Assembly: GCA_050259635.1 (NCBI GenBank)
Contig: JBLNBA010000002.1
Span: 154,906-218,905 of the forward strand
Length of the DNA: 64,000 nt
Source: Bacillota bacterium
GTDB lineage: Bacteria; Patescibacteriota; Patescibacteriia; Patescibacteriales; UBA12465
Reading direction: 5' to 3'
Below are positions 28,194 through 37,058 of this stretch, piece by piece. The notes under the pieces were generated by a model. It saw only the letters and a program-made list of their open reading frames with translations. It had not been told where the DNA came from and made no database searches. Position 1 is the first letter of the stretch. Each line of letters starts with the position of its first letter. Made by a program: the position numbers and the translations under genes.

Positions 28194-28201
28194 AACGTTG
28201 A

Positions 28202-28254
28202 TGTTAATTATTTCTAACTATCTTAATGTTATATTATTCTAACATTGTTGTCAA
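28202..28254 (-). promoter_or_regulatory. Promoter with two tandem XRE-type operators
   Basis: TTGACA-17-TAACAT on the minus strand; TGTTA-N8-TAAC palindromes at 28202-28219 and 28226-28245. Confidence 0.6.
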
Positions 28255-28306
28255 GTGGTAGTTACCTTTCGTTTCCGCCCTCGTTTGATATAATGGAAAC
28301 AAGACT

Positions 28307-28894
28307 ATGGCCACAATCTTGGAAGACCAAAGCGAAGCTGGAATAATAAATGCCGCCAAAGCCGGGAACTCCGATGCTTTCGGTAGTCTTTATGACGCCT
28401 ATATCAAGAAGATCTATAACTTCGTATATTATAAGACGCTGAATCAGGAAAACGCTGAAGATATCACGAGCACGGTCTTTATCAAAGCCTGGGAAAAGCT
28501 GTCCCAGTTCCAGGATGGGAATTTTGGTGCCTGGCTTTATGCCATTGCCCGGAATGCCGTTGTGGATTTCTACCGGCGGGAAAAGCCGGCGCTCGATATT
28601 GAAGACTGCTGGGATCTGTCCGATGGACAGGATTTCCTCGGCAGCATCGACCGAGTGCTGGAGATTTCTAAAGTGAAGGAGGCAATGTCATCGTTACGTG
28701 TCCAGGAGCGGGAAATCCTTATCATGCGTTTTTGGCAAGAACTGTCTTTCCAGGAAATCGGTGAACGTTTAGGCAAGAATGAGGGAGCAGTAAAAATGGC
28801 TGCCAGCCGTGCCTTGAAAGCCTTAAAAACTAAGATTCCCTTCGCTCTTTTCCTGCTCTTGCCGGGGATCCTACAATTATATGCAAGAAAATGA
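28307..28894 (+). CDS. ECF sigma factor
   Basis: AFGSLYDAY, AEDITSTVFIKAW, WLYAIARN, region 4 LSFQEIGERLG. Confidence 0.93.
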   Translation: MATILEDQSEAGIINAAKAGNSDAFGSLYDAYIKKIYNFVYYKTLNQENAEDITSTVFIKAWEKLSQFQDGNFGAWLYAIARNAVVDFYRREKPALDIEDCWDLSDGQDFLGSIDRVLEISKVKEAMSSLRVQEREILIMRFWQELSFQEIGERLGKNEGAVKMAASRALKALKTKIPFALFLLLPGILQLYARK

Positions 28895-30518
28895 ACTGAA
28901 TAAAATCCTAGAAGAACTATATCGCTTTGAACCGAGCCTTCGCGGGCACGAACAGGCGCTGCGTTTGCTGATCTTGCAGATGAGCGACATCCGGCCGGAT
29001 ACTCGTTTCACTCCCGATCTGGCGGCTAAGCTCAAGGAAGAAGTGATGCGGACGATTGCCGTTCAAGCGAATAATAAGAAAATAAGCTTTAATATTATGG
29101 ACAAGAAAATCTTTTATTTCGCCGCTCCGGCTTTGATCGTCGGTTTGGCTGCCGTCATGATCCTCCTTAATCCTGGGAAAGGCGGTAAACAAGAGGGAAT
29201 GGGCTTGCTGAGTAATTTCAGGCCAGCCGCTTCCGATGAAGGGGTGAGCCGGTTGGCGGCTAATGCCTTTGGTGCTCTAAACCAGAATCTGGCCAATAAC
29301 CAGAATAAGGAAAGCGGCAATGTTTCTGCGCCGGAAGTAGCCAGGGAAGCGAAAGTCTTCGGAAGTGAAGCGGCGACACCGGTCTTAGGGATGGGCGGTG
29401 ATATCGCGGTCAGCTCGAAGACGGTGGCGGCGGTTGGTTTCGGAGGCGGAGGCGTAGCTATGGATAGCAAAATGATTGCCCCGTGGTTTAACTTTAAATA
29501 TGTCTATAAGGGCGAACCCTTGTCTCTTAGCGAGGGTACAGCCGATGTGTATCGCCGCTTGAAAGGCGGGTCTAATGCGGCCCGTTCTTTGGCGCAGATG
29601 GTGGAGAACTTCGACTTCGGAGGGCTTAAGCTCAATCGCTATAAAGACCTTAGTGCGACTAACCTGACTTTGGCGGAAGACAAGGATAAAGGATTGATGA
29701 TATCTTTCGATTTCCTGGAAGATAATGTCTATATTTCCGAAAACTGGCAGCGCTGGCGCATCCCGGAAAGGGATGCTTGCACTGATGATGCTTGCTGGCA
29801 GCGTTTCCGTCTAGATGTCAACGATGTCCCTGCTGACGACGCCTTGATTGGTATGGCTAACAGTTTCGTTTCCGATCATGAAATAGACTTGAACCATTAT
29901 GGTACGCCGGTGGTGGATAATGCCTGGCGCCAAGGCTATGATCTTGCGACCGACAAAGCTAATTTCTATATTCCCGAATATGCGAGCGTCGTTTATCCTC
30001 TGCTAGTCAATGACGAGCCGGTGCTCGATCAGAGCGGTAATTATTACGGCTTGCGGGTAAGCATTAATCTCCTGCAGAGCCAGGTGTCCGGCCTCTCCGG
30101 CCTTACCCCCTATCGTTATGAAGCCTCTGCCTATAATCTCGAGACCTCTTCCGAGCGCATCCTGAAGGTTGCCGAGAATGGTGGTTGGAACCGGAACTAT
30201 TATAATGGCAGCGAGAATGTGAAGGAAGTTGAACTTGGAACTCCCATCAGATCCTATGTCCAACTATATCGCTATCTTGACGGGCGCAATGAAGAACTGC
30301 TTGTCCCGGCCTTGGTTTTCCCGGTAAATAATCCCGATGTCCTCGGCTATTACGGGCAGCGTTCGGTGATCGTACCTCTTACCCAAGATCTTTTAGGAGA
30401 GCTTGAACAAGATCCGAATAACGGCGGTCCGGTCATTATGATGAGAGAGGGCGGCGCGGCGGATACTGTGCCCGCAGCCACCGGAGCGACCGAAGCGGTG
30501 GAGATACTGAAGCGATAA
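28881..30518 (+). CDS. Putative anti-sigma factor, single TM with large extracellular domain
   Basis: Overlaps the ECF stop; short cytoplasmic N-terminus followed by one TM. Confidence 0.6.
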   Translation: MQENELNKILEELYRFEPSLRGHEQALRLLILQMSDIRPDTRFTPDLAAKLKEEVMRTIAVQANNKKISFNIMDKKIFYFAAPALIVGLAAVMILLNPGKGGKQEGMGLLSNFRPAASDEGVSRLAANAFGALNQNLANNQNKESGNVSAPEVAREAKVFGSEAATPVLGMGGDIAVSSKTVAAVGFGGGGVAMDSKMIAPWFNFKYVYKGEPLSLSEGTADVYRRLKGGSNAARSLAQMVENFDFGGLKLNRYKDLSATNLTLAEDKDKGLMISFDFLEDNVYISENWQRWRIPERDACTDDACWQRFRLDVNDVPADDALIGMANSFVSDHEIDLNHYGTPVVDNAWRQGYDLATDKANFYIPEYASVVYPLLVNDEPVLDQSGNYYGLRVSINLLQSQVSGLSGLTPYRYEASAYNLETSSERILKVAENGGWNRNYYNGSENVKEVELGTPIRSYVQLYRYLDGRNEELLVPALVFPVNNPDVLGYYGQRSVIVPLTQDLLGELEQDPNNGGPVIMMREGGAADTVPAATGATEAVEILKR

Positions 30519-30661
30519 GAATGGAATATTAAGGTAAAACCAAAAAGAGCGCCCGGAAAGGGCGCTTTTTTATTGAGATGTCAGGCTAATGAACGCTCAG
30601 TATTGATTAGTATTGCTATATAAAAAAGCGGACTCCATCTGAGTCCGCTTTATCTTTCGTT

Positions 30662-30976
30662 TTAGAATACAACCAGAAGAACGCCGATAATGAATAGGGT
30701 GGTAAACAGCAGCTTATTATACTTAGCTATATAGAGAGGCAGGTAAATATCAAAATTATCTTTCCTGTTTTGGCTGTATTTGGCCATGGCGGTTAAAGGG
30801 CAGCTCCAGCTATTTACCAGTAAGACGGCTCCTTCCAGGGTAATTAAAGCGATACAAGCCCAGAGAAGGGGAGAATAGATATTATAATAGCCGCAGTAGA
30901 CGATATAAAAGGTAGCCGAAGCCATTATCGCCCAGATAATCGTGTGGGTAACCTTTATCAGAGTTAATTTAGCCAT
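30662..30976 (-). CDS. Small membrane protein
   Basis: Three TMs; HT...W, EG...N.W.CPLT, FDIYLP. Confidence 0.75.
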   Translation of the reverse strand: MAKLTLIKVTHTIIWAIMASATFYIVYCGYYNIYSPLLWACIALITLEGAVLLVNSWSCPLTAMAKYSQNRKDNFDIYLPLYIAKYNKLLFTTLFIIGVLLVVF

Positions 30977-30979
30977 GAC

Positions 30980-31153
30980 TTAGAGCTGGAAATATTCAAA
31001 AAGCTTGTGCATTAAGAAGGCGGGCCAGACTAAAGCTTTCAAGAAGCCGACAACTCCCATCCATAAGGAGCTTGCGTGCTGGATGTAGTAAATTAGGGCT
31101 CCGATGAAGGCGAGGCCGTAAAGGCCGCCGCCGACGCCATTGTTTTTGTTCAT
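30980..31153 (-). CDS. 57-aa membrane protein (absent from ORF track)
   Basis: MNKNNGVGGGLYGLAFIGALIYYIQHASSLWMGVVGFLKALVWPAFLMHKLFEYFQL; stop 3 nt before the next ATG. Confidence 0.8.
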   Translation of the reverse strand: MNKNNGVGGGLYGLAFIGALIYYIQHASSLWMGVVGFLKALVWPAFLMHKLFEYFQL

Positions 31154-31239
31154 ATGTTTTGATGTATTATACTTCCTATTGATTATATCACGTTATTATG
31201 GTGTATAAAAAGAACACACAGCAGTGTGTTCTTTTAAAG

Positions 31240-31311
31240 TAGTCCCTAGGGGAATCGAACCCCTGTTACCAGGATGAGAACCTGGTGTCCTAACCGTTAG
31301 ACGAAGGGACC
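31240..31311 (-). tRNA. tRNA-Glu(CTC)
   Basis: GGTCCCTTCGTCTAACGG...CCAGG-TTCTCAT-CCTGG...GTTCGATTC. Confidence 0.95.
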
Positions 31312-31313
31312 GT

Positions 31314-32249
31314 CTATTTAGCTGTTTGCCCGAGGATATCTTTTGAGCCTTTTAAAAAGTCGGAGGCGTCGAGGGCGTTCCGATTTTCACGCTGTAATTT
31401 TAATATATGAAGAGCGTTTTGTCCACAGTTAAGGATCAGGGCTCCGTTTCGCTCAGTAAACTCGCCAATTTTACCGTAATTTTCGTTTAAAACTTCGCAT
31501 TTTAACACCTTTATTTTCTCTCCCGATTCGAGTTCTAGATAAGTTCCGGGCCAAGGGTAAAGGGCACGCACCTGTCGCTCCAGCACGATCGCGTCCTTTT
31601 TTGGATTGAGATAACCATCTTCTTTATGCATCAGGCCTATATATGTCGCTTGGCTATCATCCTGGGTTTGAGGTTTAATGTCGCCTTGGCAATATCCGAG
31701 AAGGGTGGGGATTAATATTTCCGCACCCAGACTAGAAAGCCGGTCATGTACTTCTTCCAAAGTTTCCCTGCCGTTTAACGGTATCCTTGCTTGCTTGAGG
31801 ATGGGGCCGGTATCCAATCCGGCATCCATGCGCATGATCGTTACTCCGGTTTCTGAGTCGCCATTAAGGATGGGGGCCTGGAGACAGGAGGCGCCGCGAT
31901 ATTTAGGGAGAAGGGAGGCGTGGACATTGATGCAGCCGTAGGCCGGTATATCCAGGATTGACTGGGGAATTATTTTCCCATAGGCAATAACCACGATCAA
32001 ATCCGGTTTGAGGGCGGCTATGGAGTTGGTTTCCGGCTTAATCTTTTCCGGCTGCAATACGGGGATGCCATGCTCCGAGGCAAGTACCTTGATCGGCGGC
32101 GGAGTGAGGATCTGCTTGCGGCCGAAGGGTTTGTCCGGCTGGGTGAAAGCGGCTACTACTTCGAACTCTTCCGCTTCGATCAGCGCCTTTAATCCCAGAA
32201 CGGCGAACTCCGGCGTGCCCATGAATATTGTCCTTATCTTCTTGTCCAT
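31314..32249 (-). CDS. fmt: Methionyl-tRNA formyltransferase
   Basis: IFMGTPEFA, INVHASLLPKYRGA, MDAGLDTGP; start placed at ATG 32249. Confidence 0.95.
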   Translation of the reverse strand: MDKKIRTIFMGTPEFAVLGLKALIEAEEFEVVAAFTQPDKPFGRKQILTPPPIKVLASEHGIPVLQPEKIKPETNSIAALKPDLIVVIAYGKIIPQSILDIPAYGCINVHASLLPKYRGASCLQAPILNGDSETGVTIMRMDAGLDTGPILKQARIPLNGRETLEEVHDRLSSLGAEILIPTLLGYCQGDIKPQTQDDSQATYIGLMHKEDGYLNPKKDAIVLERQVRALYPWPGTYLELESGEKIKVLKCEVLNENYGKIGEFTERNGALILNCGQNALHILKLQRENRNALDASDFLKGSKDILGQTAK

Positions 32250-32325
32250 ATATAGAAAATATCTGATATGGCTCGGAAATGCAAGCATTAGCCTTTTTTA
32301 TTCGATAAGGTATAATAATATCATT

Positions 32326-32937
32326 ATGCTGATCACTATCGTAAACGCACTTTTAGCCTTCTCCCAGGAAATAGGGTACTGGGGCATAGTCTTGCTAATG
32401 GCCTTAGAAAGCTCCTTTATCCCTTTCCCCTCCGAAGTCGTAGTGCCGCCGGCTGCCTATCTTGCCGCCCAAGGAAAGATGAATATCTGGCTGGTCATCG
32501 TATCCAGTGTTGCCGGGAGTATGATCGGGGCGTATTTTAATTATTACATCGCCTACTATCTCGGCCGTCCGCTGGTATATCGCCTGGCCGCCACTAAAGC
32601 GGCTCGCTTCTTGCTGATCAAGCCCGAACAGATCCAAAGAGCGGAATCCTATTTTGCTAAATATGATCGGACATCGACTTTTTTCGGCCGCTTGGTTCCG
32701 GTGGTCCGCCAGCTCATTTCCTTGCCGGCTGGGTTCGTAAAGATGCCATTATGGCGCTTTACCATTTATACTTTCCTTGGCTCGGCGCTTTGGACTTGCG
32801 TGCTAGCCGGGCTCGGATATTTCTTCGGCGCCAATGAAGATCTCTGGCACCGATATTATTCCCAGATTTCCTGGGGCATATTGGCAGCGGTGTTAATCGG
32901 CATTGCAGTGGTGGTGATAAGGAAGAAGAGGAAATAA
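32326..32937 (+). CDS. DedA family membrane protein
   Basis: LESSFIPFPSEVV, FFGRLVPVVRQLISLPAG; start placed at ATG 32326. Confidence 0.92.
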   Translation: MLITIVNALLAFSQEIGYWGIVLLMALESSFIPFPSEVVVPPAAYLAAQGKMNIWLVIVSSVAGSMIGAYFNYYIAYYLGRPLVYRLAATKAARFLLIKPEQIQRAESYFAKYDRTSTFFGRLVPVVRQLISLPAGFVKMPLWRFTIYTFLGSALWTCVLAGLGYFFGANEDLWHRYYSQISWGILAAVLIGIAVVVIRKKRK

Positions 32938-32989
32938 ATAAATGATGATAATTAAAAGAATCGGCTCCCTCGGGAGCCGTTTTTCTTTA

Positions 32990-33076
32990 TTGACACCTAT
33001 GCCGAATTGGTTTATATTCAGATGAAACTCAAGATGGGTTTCCCTTATTCGCCAGGAAGGCGAAATACTTTAACAA
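32990..33076 (+). promoter_or_regulatory. Promoter, two hairpins and boxA-like motif
   Basis: TTGACA-17-TATATT; GAAACTC/GGGTTTC; TTCGCC/GGCGAA; ATACTTTAACAA (33065-33076). Confidence 0.6.
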
Positions 33077-33098
33077 CCTGTAAAAATTGGAGGCAAAA

Positions 33099-33749
33099 AT
33101 GGCCACAAAACAACAGATTCCAAAAATCGCCGCCGCCTTGGTTGAGTTCCAGGAGAACTTCACCAAGCTGTCCACAGAAGATGGGCAATGGCTTATTATG
33201 AACACTAAAGATGCTATCAATCTCTTCATTGAGGCGATAGCTAATCGTCGGAAACAGGATCTCATCCCCAAACGCATCCAAATCCCAGCTTACGATTTCA
33301 ATTTCAAAACGGATGCGTTTAAGGTGGATAAAAGGAAAGACGCTAAAATAAGAATATCCATCATTTGTGAGGAATTCCGCCAGCTGTTTCGTGGCTATAT
33401 TTTAAATCCCAGTCCGGCTAAGCAGATCATTTCAATGGATTTGGATGAGGGCATGACTGTATCTGATGCGGATTTGATAGATTCTCTGGGCAAGATTTCA
33501 GATGATTTTACTCTCACTCTATATGACTTGTATTCATTGCTGCTATTGCAGCCTGATAGTCCTTTTGGCCATCTTTTAGGCGGAGAAGATAACGTTTTCT
33601 ATATCAAGTCAGCAAAAGAACAGATAATACCAGTCCATGTTTACTTGCGACACGAAGGTTGGATTATAGTCGCCAGCGATCATCATGCCGGACATAGATA
33701 TGCTCACCAACGAATCTTTTATCACCCGACAGACAAAAGGAAAGTCTAA
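33099..33749 (+). CDS. Hypothetical protein, recalled CPR family with QP..G.L...N.FY...W...A C-terminus (DGR-target/CLec-like)
   Basis: GGAGG SD before ATG 33099; own promoter and terminator; family recognised from memory only. Confidence 0.65.
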   Translation: MATKQQIPKIAAALVEFQENFTKLSTEDGQWLIMNTKDAINLFIEAIANRRKQDLIPKRIQIPAYDFNFKTDAFKVDKRKDAKIRISIICEEFRQLFRGYILNPSPAKQIISMDLDEGMTVSDADLIDSLGKISDDFTLTLYDLYSLLLLQPDSPFGHLLGGEDNVFYIKSAKEQIIPVHVYLRHEGWIIVASDHHAGHRYAHQRIFYHPTDKRKV

Positions 33750-33809
33750 TAATAAAACCGGCCCCAAAAAGGAGCCGGTATTTTTTTATCTTCACGATTT
33801 TTTTATTAT

Positions 33810-34286
33810 TTATTTTACCAGCTTGTCGATGAAAAGGATGCCGTCGATGTGGTCCAGTTCATGCTGGATAACGCGGGCGAGATGATTTTCCGCCTGGATC
33901 TTCTTTCTTTTGCCTTCCGCATCGAAGTACTGGCAAGTGACGTGCTTATGCCTCTCTACCTTCCCGTAGATTATCTTCCCTTTGGCATCGATAACCGAGA
34001 GACAGCCTTCTTCGCCGACAACCTTGCCCCAAGAACGGCGGGTGATTTGTGGATTGATCATTACGGTGTCTTTTCCTTCTTTACCCGAGATGACTACCAG
34101 GCGGAGGCTCTCCTTGATCTGAGGAGCAGCCAAGCCGGCGCCGTCCTTGTCTCTCATGGTGGCGATCATGTCCGCGATTAACTGCTTCATGGCCGGAGTT
34201 TTCAGGTCATCCAAAAGGACTTCCGCGGCTTTCAGGCGGAGAATGGGATTTGGTTCCTTGATTATTTCTCGGATATTTCCTTTCAT
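33810..34286 (-). CDS. def: Peptide deformylase
   Basis: GAGLAAPQI, EGCLS, QHELDH; start placed at ATG 34286. Confidence 0.95.
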   Translation of the reverse strand: MKGNIREIIKEPNPILRLKAAEVLLDDLKTPAMKQLIADMIATMRDKDGAGLAAPQIKESLRLVVISGKEGKDTVMINPQITRRSWGKVVGEEGCLSVIDAKGKIIYGKVERHKHVTCQYFDAEGKRKKIQAENHLARVIQHELDHIDGILFIDKLVK

Positions 34287-34290
34287 ACTT

Positions 34291-34563
34291 TTATTTCTTT
34301 TCTTCTTTTTCTTTGGCGATATAGCCATCTGCTATTTTGAAAAAGTATTTCCAAGCGGCTCCGGTCTGGCAGAGTTCTTTAGTGTCATTCATTGCCCGTT
34401 CCACTAAGGTGGGGGGCAGCTCCTTGCAGATCTTGAATACTGCTCCGCGTTTGAATCCTGGTATGGTGAGCTGCGCGATGACGCGCAAAGCCAGATCCTG
34501 CCAGGGATATGCCGGGGCCTTCTTCCTTTGCCTTGACTTTAACAGTTCGGCGATATTTTCCAT
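34291..34563 (-). CDS. Conserved hypothetical protein
   Basis: Tightly packed in operon; PAYPWQDLAL...WKYFFKI. Confidence 0.7.
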   Translation of the reverse strand: MENIAELLKSRQRKKAPAYPWQDLALRVIAQLTIPGFKRGAVFKICKELPPTLVERAMNDTKELCQTGAAWKYFFKIADGYIAKEKEEKK

Positions 34564-34564
34564 A

Positions 34565-35374
34565 TCAAATTAGGGCGACTTGGAGATTAAAATTAACACA
34601 TAGGTAGCCCACGCCAAAATCGTTTTGATAAGAGAGGATCTCGGCTTCGTATCCTTCGCCCATAATCCCAAAGAGCAGGGCGAGCTGTTTTAGTCCCCCT
34701 TCTAGGGCCTCCAAGCCCGTCTTTTCATCCATAGCTAATAGCTTGTCTCGCCCGGCGGATTCCTCTTTTAAATACTCCATTACGCGGTTGTCGAAGCGCG
34801 CCCCCTTCGGCGAATAGCCGGCTGGAGAATTTTTCTTTAGTCGGTGGGAGAGGTCCCCGGCGGCAATGACCGCCAGTTTTTCCGGACGCTGGCGCAGGAT
34901 GGCCCCTATTTCTTGGCCGAGATGGTAATGGGAATTAAGATCTAATTTTTCGGCGGTAAACAAGGGGAGAACGAGCGGGGATTTAAGCTCGGCCGAGAGC
35001 AGTTGGAGCGGCACGGCCGATCCATAGTCTAAGTTAGGCTGGCTAATGAAGCGCAGTGCCTGATCACGTCCTAACTTAGCCTTGATCTCGTCGGCCAGCC
35101 CTAAGGCCGGCTGGAAGGAGCGGATAGTGGCTAAGTAGCCGAACTCTTGGAAACTAAGGTCGAGAGAGGGGCCGAGATTGACGCTAATAGTTTCCGCGTC
35201 CAAAGGGCCATTGGGGGAGAGGATGACGATAATTTCCGCCTCTTCGGATTTCAAAATGTCCGCAACGCGTTGGTAGGCGGCAGTCGTCTTTTTCAGGAGA
35301 TTATAGTTTTGCTTCCCGATTTCCGGAATAAGAAGGGGAGAGGGAGGTAGGAAGGCGCTAGCGATTATGGACAT
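34565..35374 (-). CDS. MEMO/LigB (AmmeMemoRadiSam B)-like protein, degenerate
   Basis: PLLIPEIG, LDYGSAVPL, AAGDLSHRL, PAGYSP, FGVGY. Confidence 0.75.
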   Translation of the reverse strand: MSIIASAFLPPSPLLIPEIGKQNYNLLKKTTAAYQRVADILKSEEAEIIVILSPNGPLDAETISVNLGPSLDLSFQEFGYLATIRSFQPALGLADEIKAKLGRDQALRFISQPNLDYGSAVPLQLLSAELKSPLVLPLFTAEKLDLNSHYHLGQEIGAILRQRPEKLAVIAAGDLSHRLKKNSPAGYSPKGARFDNRVMEYLKEESAGRDKLLAMDEKTGLEALEGGLKQLALLFGIMGEGYEAEILSYQNDFGVGYLCVNFNLQVALI

Positions 35375-35460
35375 AAATTATATAATGAATAGAATGATGA
35401 CATATTTTTAAGGTGTTGGCAAGTCATGCAAAAACTCCCGCTGATGGCGGGAGGATTGGC

Positions 35461-36942
35461 TTAGAGGGCTTGTTCGTAGGTGATCGGTTCTCCCTGCTGG
35501 TATTGGTATAAGAGTTGCGGGGTGACAGAGATGATGTTGGTCCATTTATAGCCTAGTTTTTCGAAATCAGCTCCACTTTGGAATGGTCTCTTTTTGCCAT
35601 TGGCGATGAGATAGACCGCGCTGGAACTATCCGATTTAAGTAATTCGCCGTCATCAAATAGGACCGGTGACACTTTGGTATATAAGGCCAGTTCGGCGGC
35701 GGAAGGACGGAGGATTTGCATTCCTTTAAACTTGGTGGCAAGAAGGACCTTGTCGATAATCGGAGCCTTTTTGCCGTCTTGGGCGAAATAGATACCGCCG
35801 CTTTGGGGGTCGCGGAGAAGGGCGCCGGTGGGATAGACGGAGGTCGCCTTTAGGACCAGGCCGTCGCGATAATAGCTCAGGTCTTGTACGCTCGCCTCTA
35901 TTATCTCTTCGGGATTAAAACCGAATTTCTTGAAGGCTTCGGGGTTTTCAAACTTGCGCTTCTCGTCGCCAGTAATCAGGTACAGGCTCTTTTCCGGCGA
36001 ACGGACGATCGAGTAGTTGGGCAGGCTTATAGGCTGTCCTTTTTCATAAGAATCTAATTCAACTTTATCGACGATTATCACCTTGTCCGGATTATAGCGG
36101 GAAACAAGGGCGCTGCGGCTCAAGAAGGGGCGTTTAAGGCCTCCTTGGATCAGCCAAACACCGGCCTCGCCGCGAGCTTGGAGCAAGCTGCCGTCTACAT
36201 AGCGAGCGGAGCGTTTGGGGAAGTAGCGCTGATAGAGCTTATACACGTTATAGTTACCATTGAAAACGTGGGGGGTGTAATTATAGAGGGCTGCCGTCGC
36301 CTTATTTTCCGGGGTCACCGTCATCGATTCGTTGGAAATAGTGCCGTAGGGGTTGCTAAAGGTATAGGTATTGCCCGCTTTATAGGCATAGCGGGACTGT
36401 TCGTTCATGTAGGCAAGGAACTGCAGGGAGGCGCTGTTTACCTGTTTGCCGAATCCTTTGTAATAGGGATTACAAGTCCAGTTATCCGGGCAGCCGTAGC
36501 CGGTCGCCCAATCCAAACGGGCGGGAGCTGGAGCTGGGTCCTCAATCAGGCTAGCCTCCTTCTGTAAAAGCACTAAAAGAAAACGCGGGCTTACGGTTGT
36601 TATGCGTTCGCATTTGAGTTTTTTTTCTGCCTCGGTGGGGTTATCGCTGAGTTCGACGTCATCGCAGTCATAGTTATTTTTGGCCGCATCATAAATGATC
36701 TCGGCCGCGGATTTCATCGTCCCGTGGGCGTTGAGCGTCGAATAATTCGCCAGGTAGCTGTTCTTACTAGAAAGGAAGGATTGGATCTGTTCCAGGCTCA
36801 TGCTATCCGTATTCATCAGTTCGTCGTCCGTGATGATCATTTCCGGGTCGAAGGCCGGGTCGATGGTCTGTGCTAATGAGGGGGTAGTGATTAAGAGGAG
36901 GGAAAGGGCGGCAAAGGCCCCCGCTTTGATGTTTGTGTTCAT
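35461..36942 (-). CDS. Secreted protein with putative lysozyme-like domain and C-terminal surface repeats
   Basis: Signal peptide; LLVLLQKE, ATGYGCPD, ATAALYNYTPH; four G.L.....VY.I..G.KR.F type repeats. Confidence 0.6.
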   Translation of the reverse strand: MNTNIKAGAFAALSLLLITTPSLAQTIDPAFDPEMIITDDELMNTDSMSLEQIQSFLSSKNSYLANYSTLNAHGTMKSAAEIIYDAAKNNYDCDDVELSDNPTEAEKKLKCERITTVSPRFLLVLLQKEASLIEDPAPAPARLDWATGYGCPDNWTCNPYYKGFGKQVNSASLQFLAYMNEQSRYAYKAGNTYTFSNPYGTISNESMTVTPENKATAALYNYTPHVFNGNYNVYKLYQRYFPKRSARYVDGSLLQARGEAGVWLIQGGLKRPFLSRSALVSRYNPDKVIIVDKVELDSYEKGQPISLPNYSIVRSPEKSLYLITGDEKRKFENPEAFKKFGFNPEEIIEASVQDLSYYRDGLVLKATSVYPTGALLRDPQSGGIYFAQDGKKAPIIDKVLLATKFKGMQILRPSAAELALYTKVSPVLFDDGELLKSDSSSAVYLIANGKKRPFQSGADFEKLGYKWTNIISVTPQLLYQYQQGEPITYEQAL

Positions 36943-37058
36943 AAAGATAGTGCCGATAACGGCGTTTGCATACCTATTATAATATATTTCGACGCAGCGA
37001 CCAAATCAAAGGTCACAGATTACAAAAAACCGCCAGTTGTGGCGGTTTTTTTTTATAT

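Noticed and set aside
30586-30595. CGTTCATTAG on the minus strand between two terminators
   Set aside because: No promoter or ORF attached; a short match may be chance
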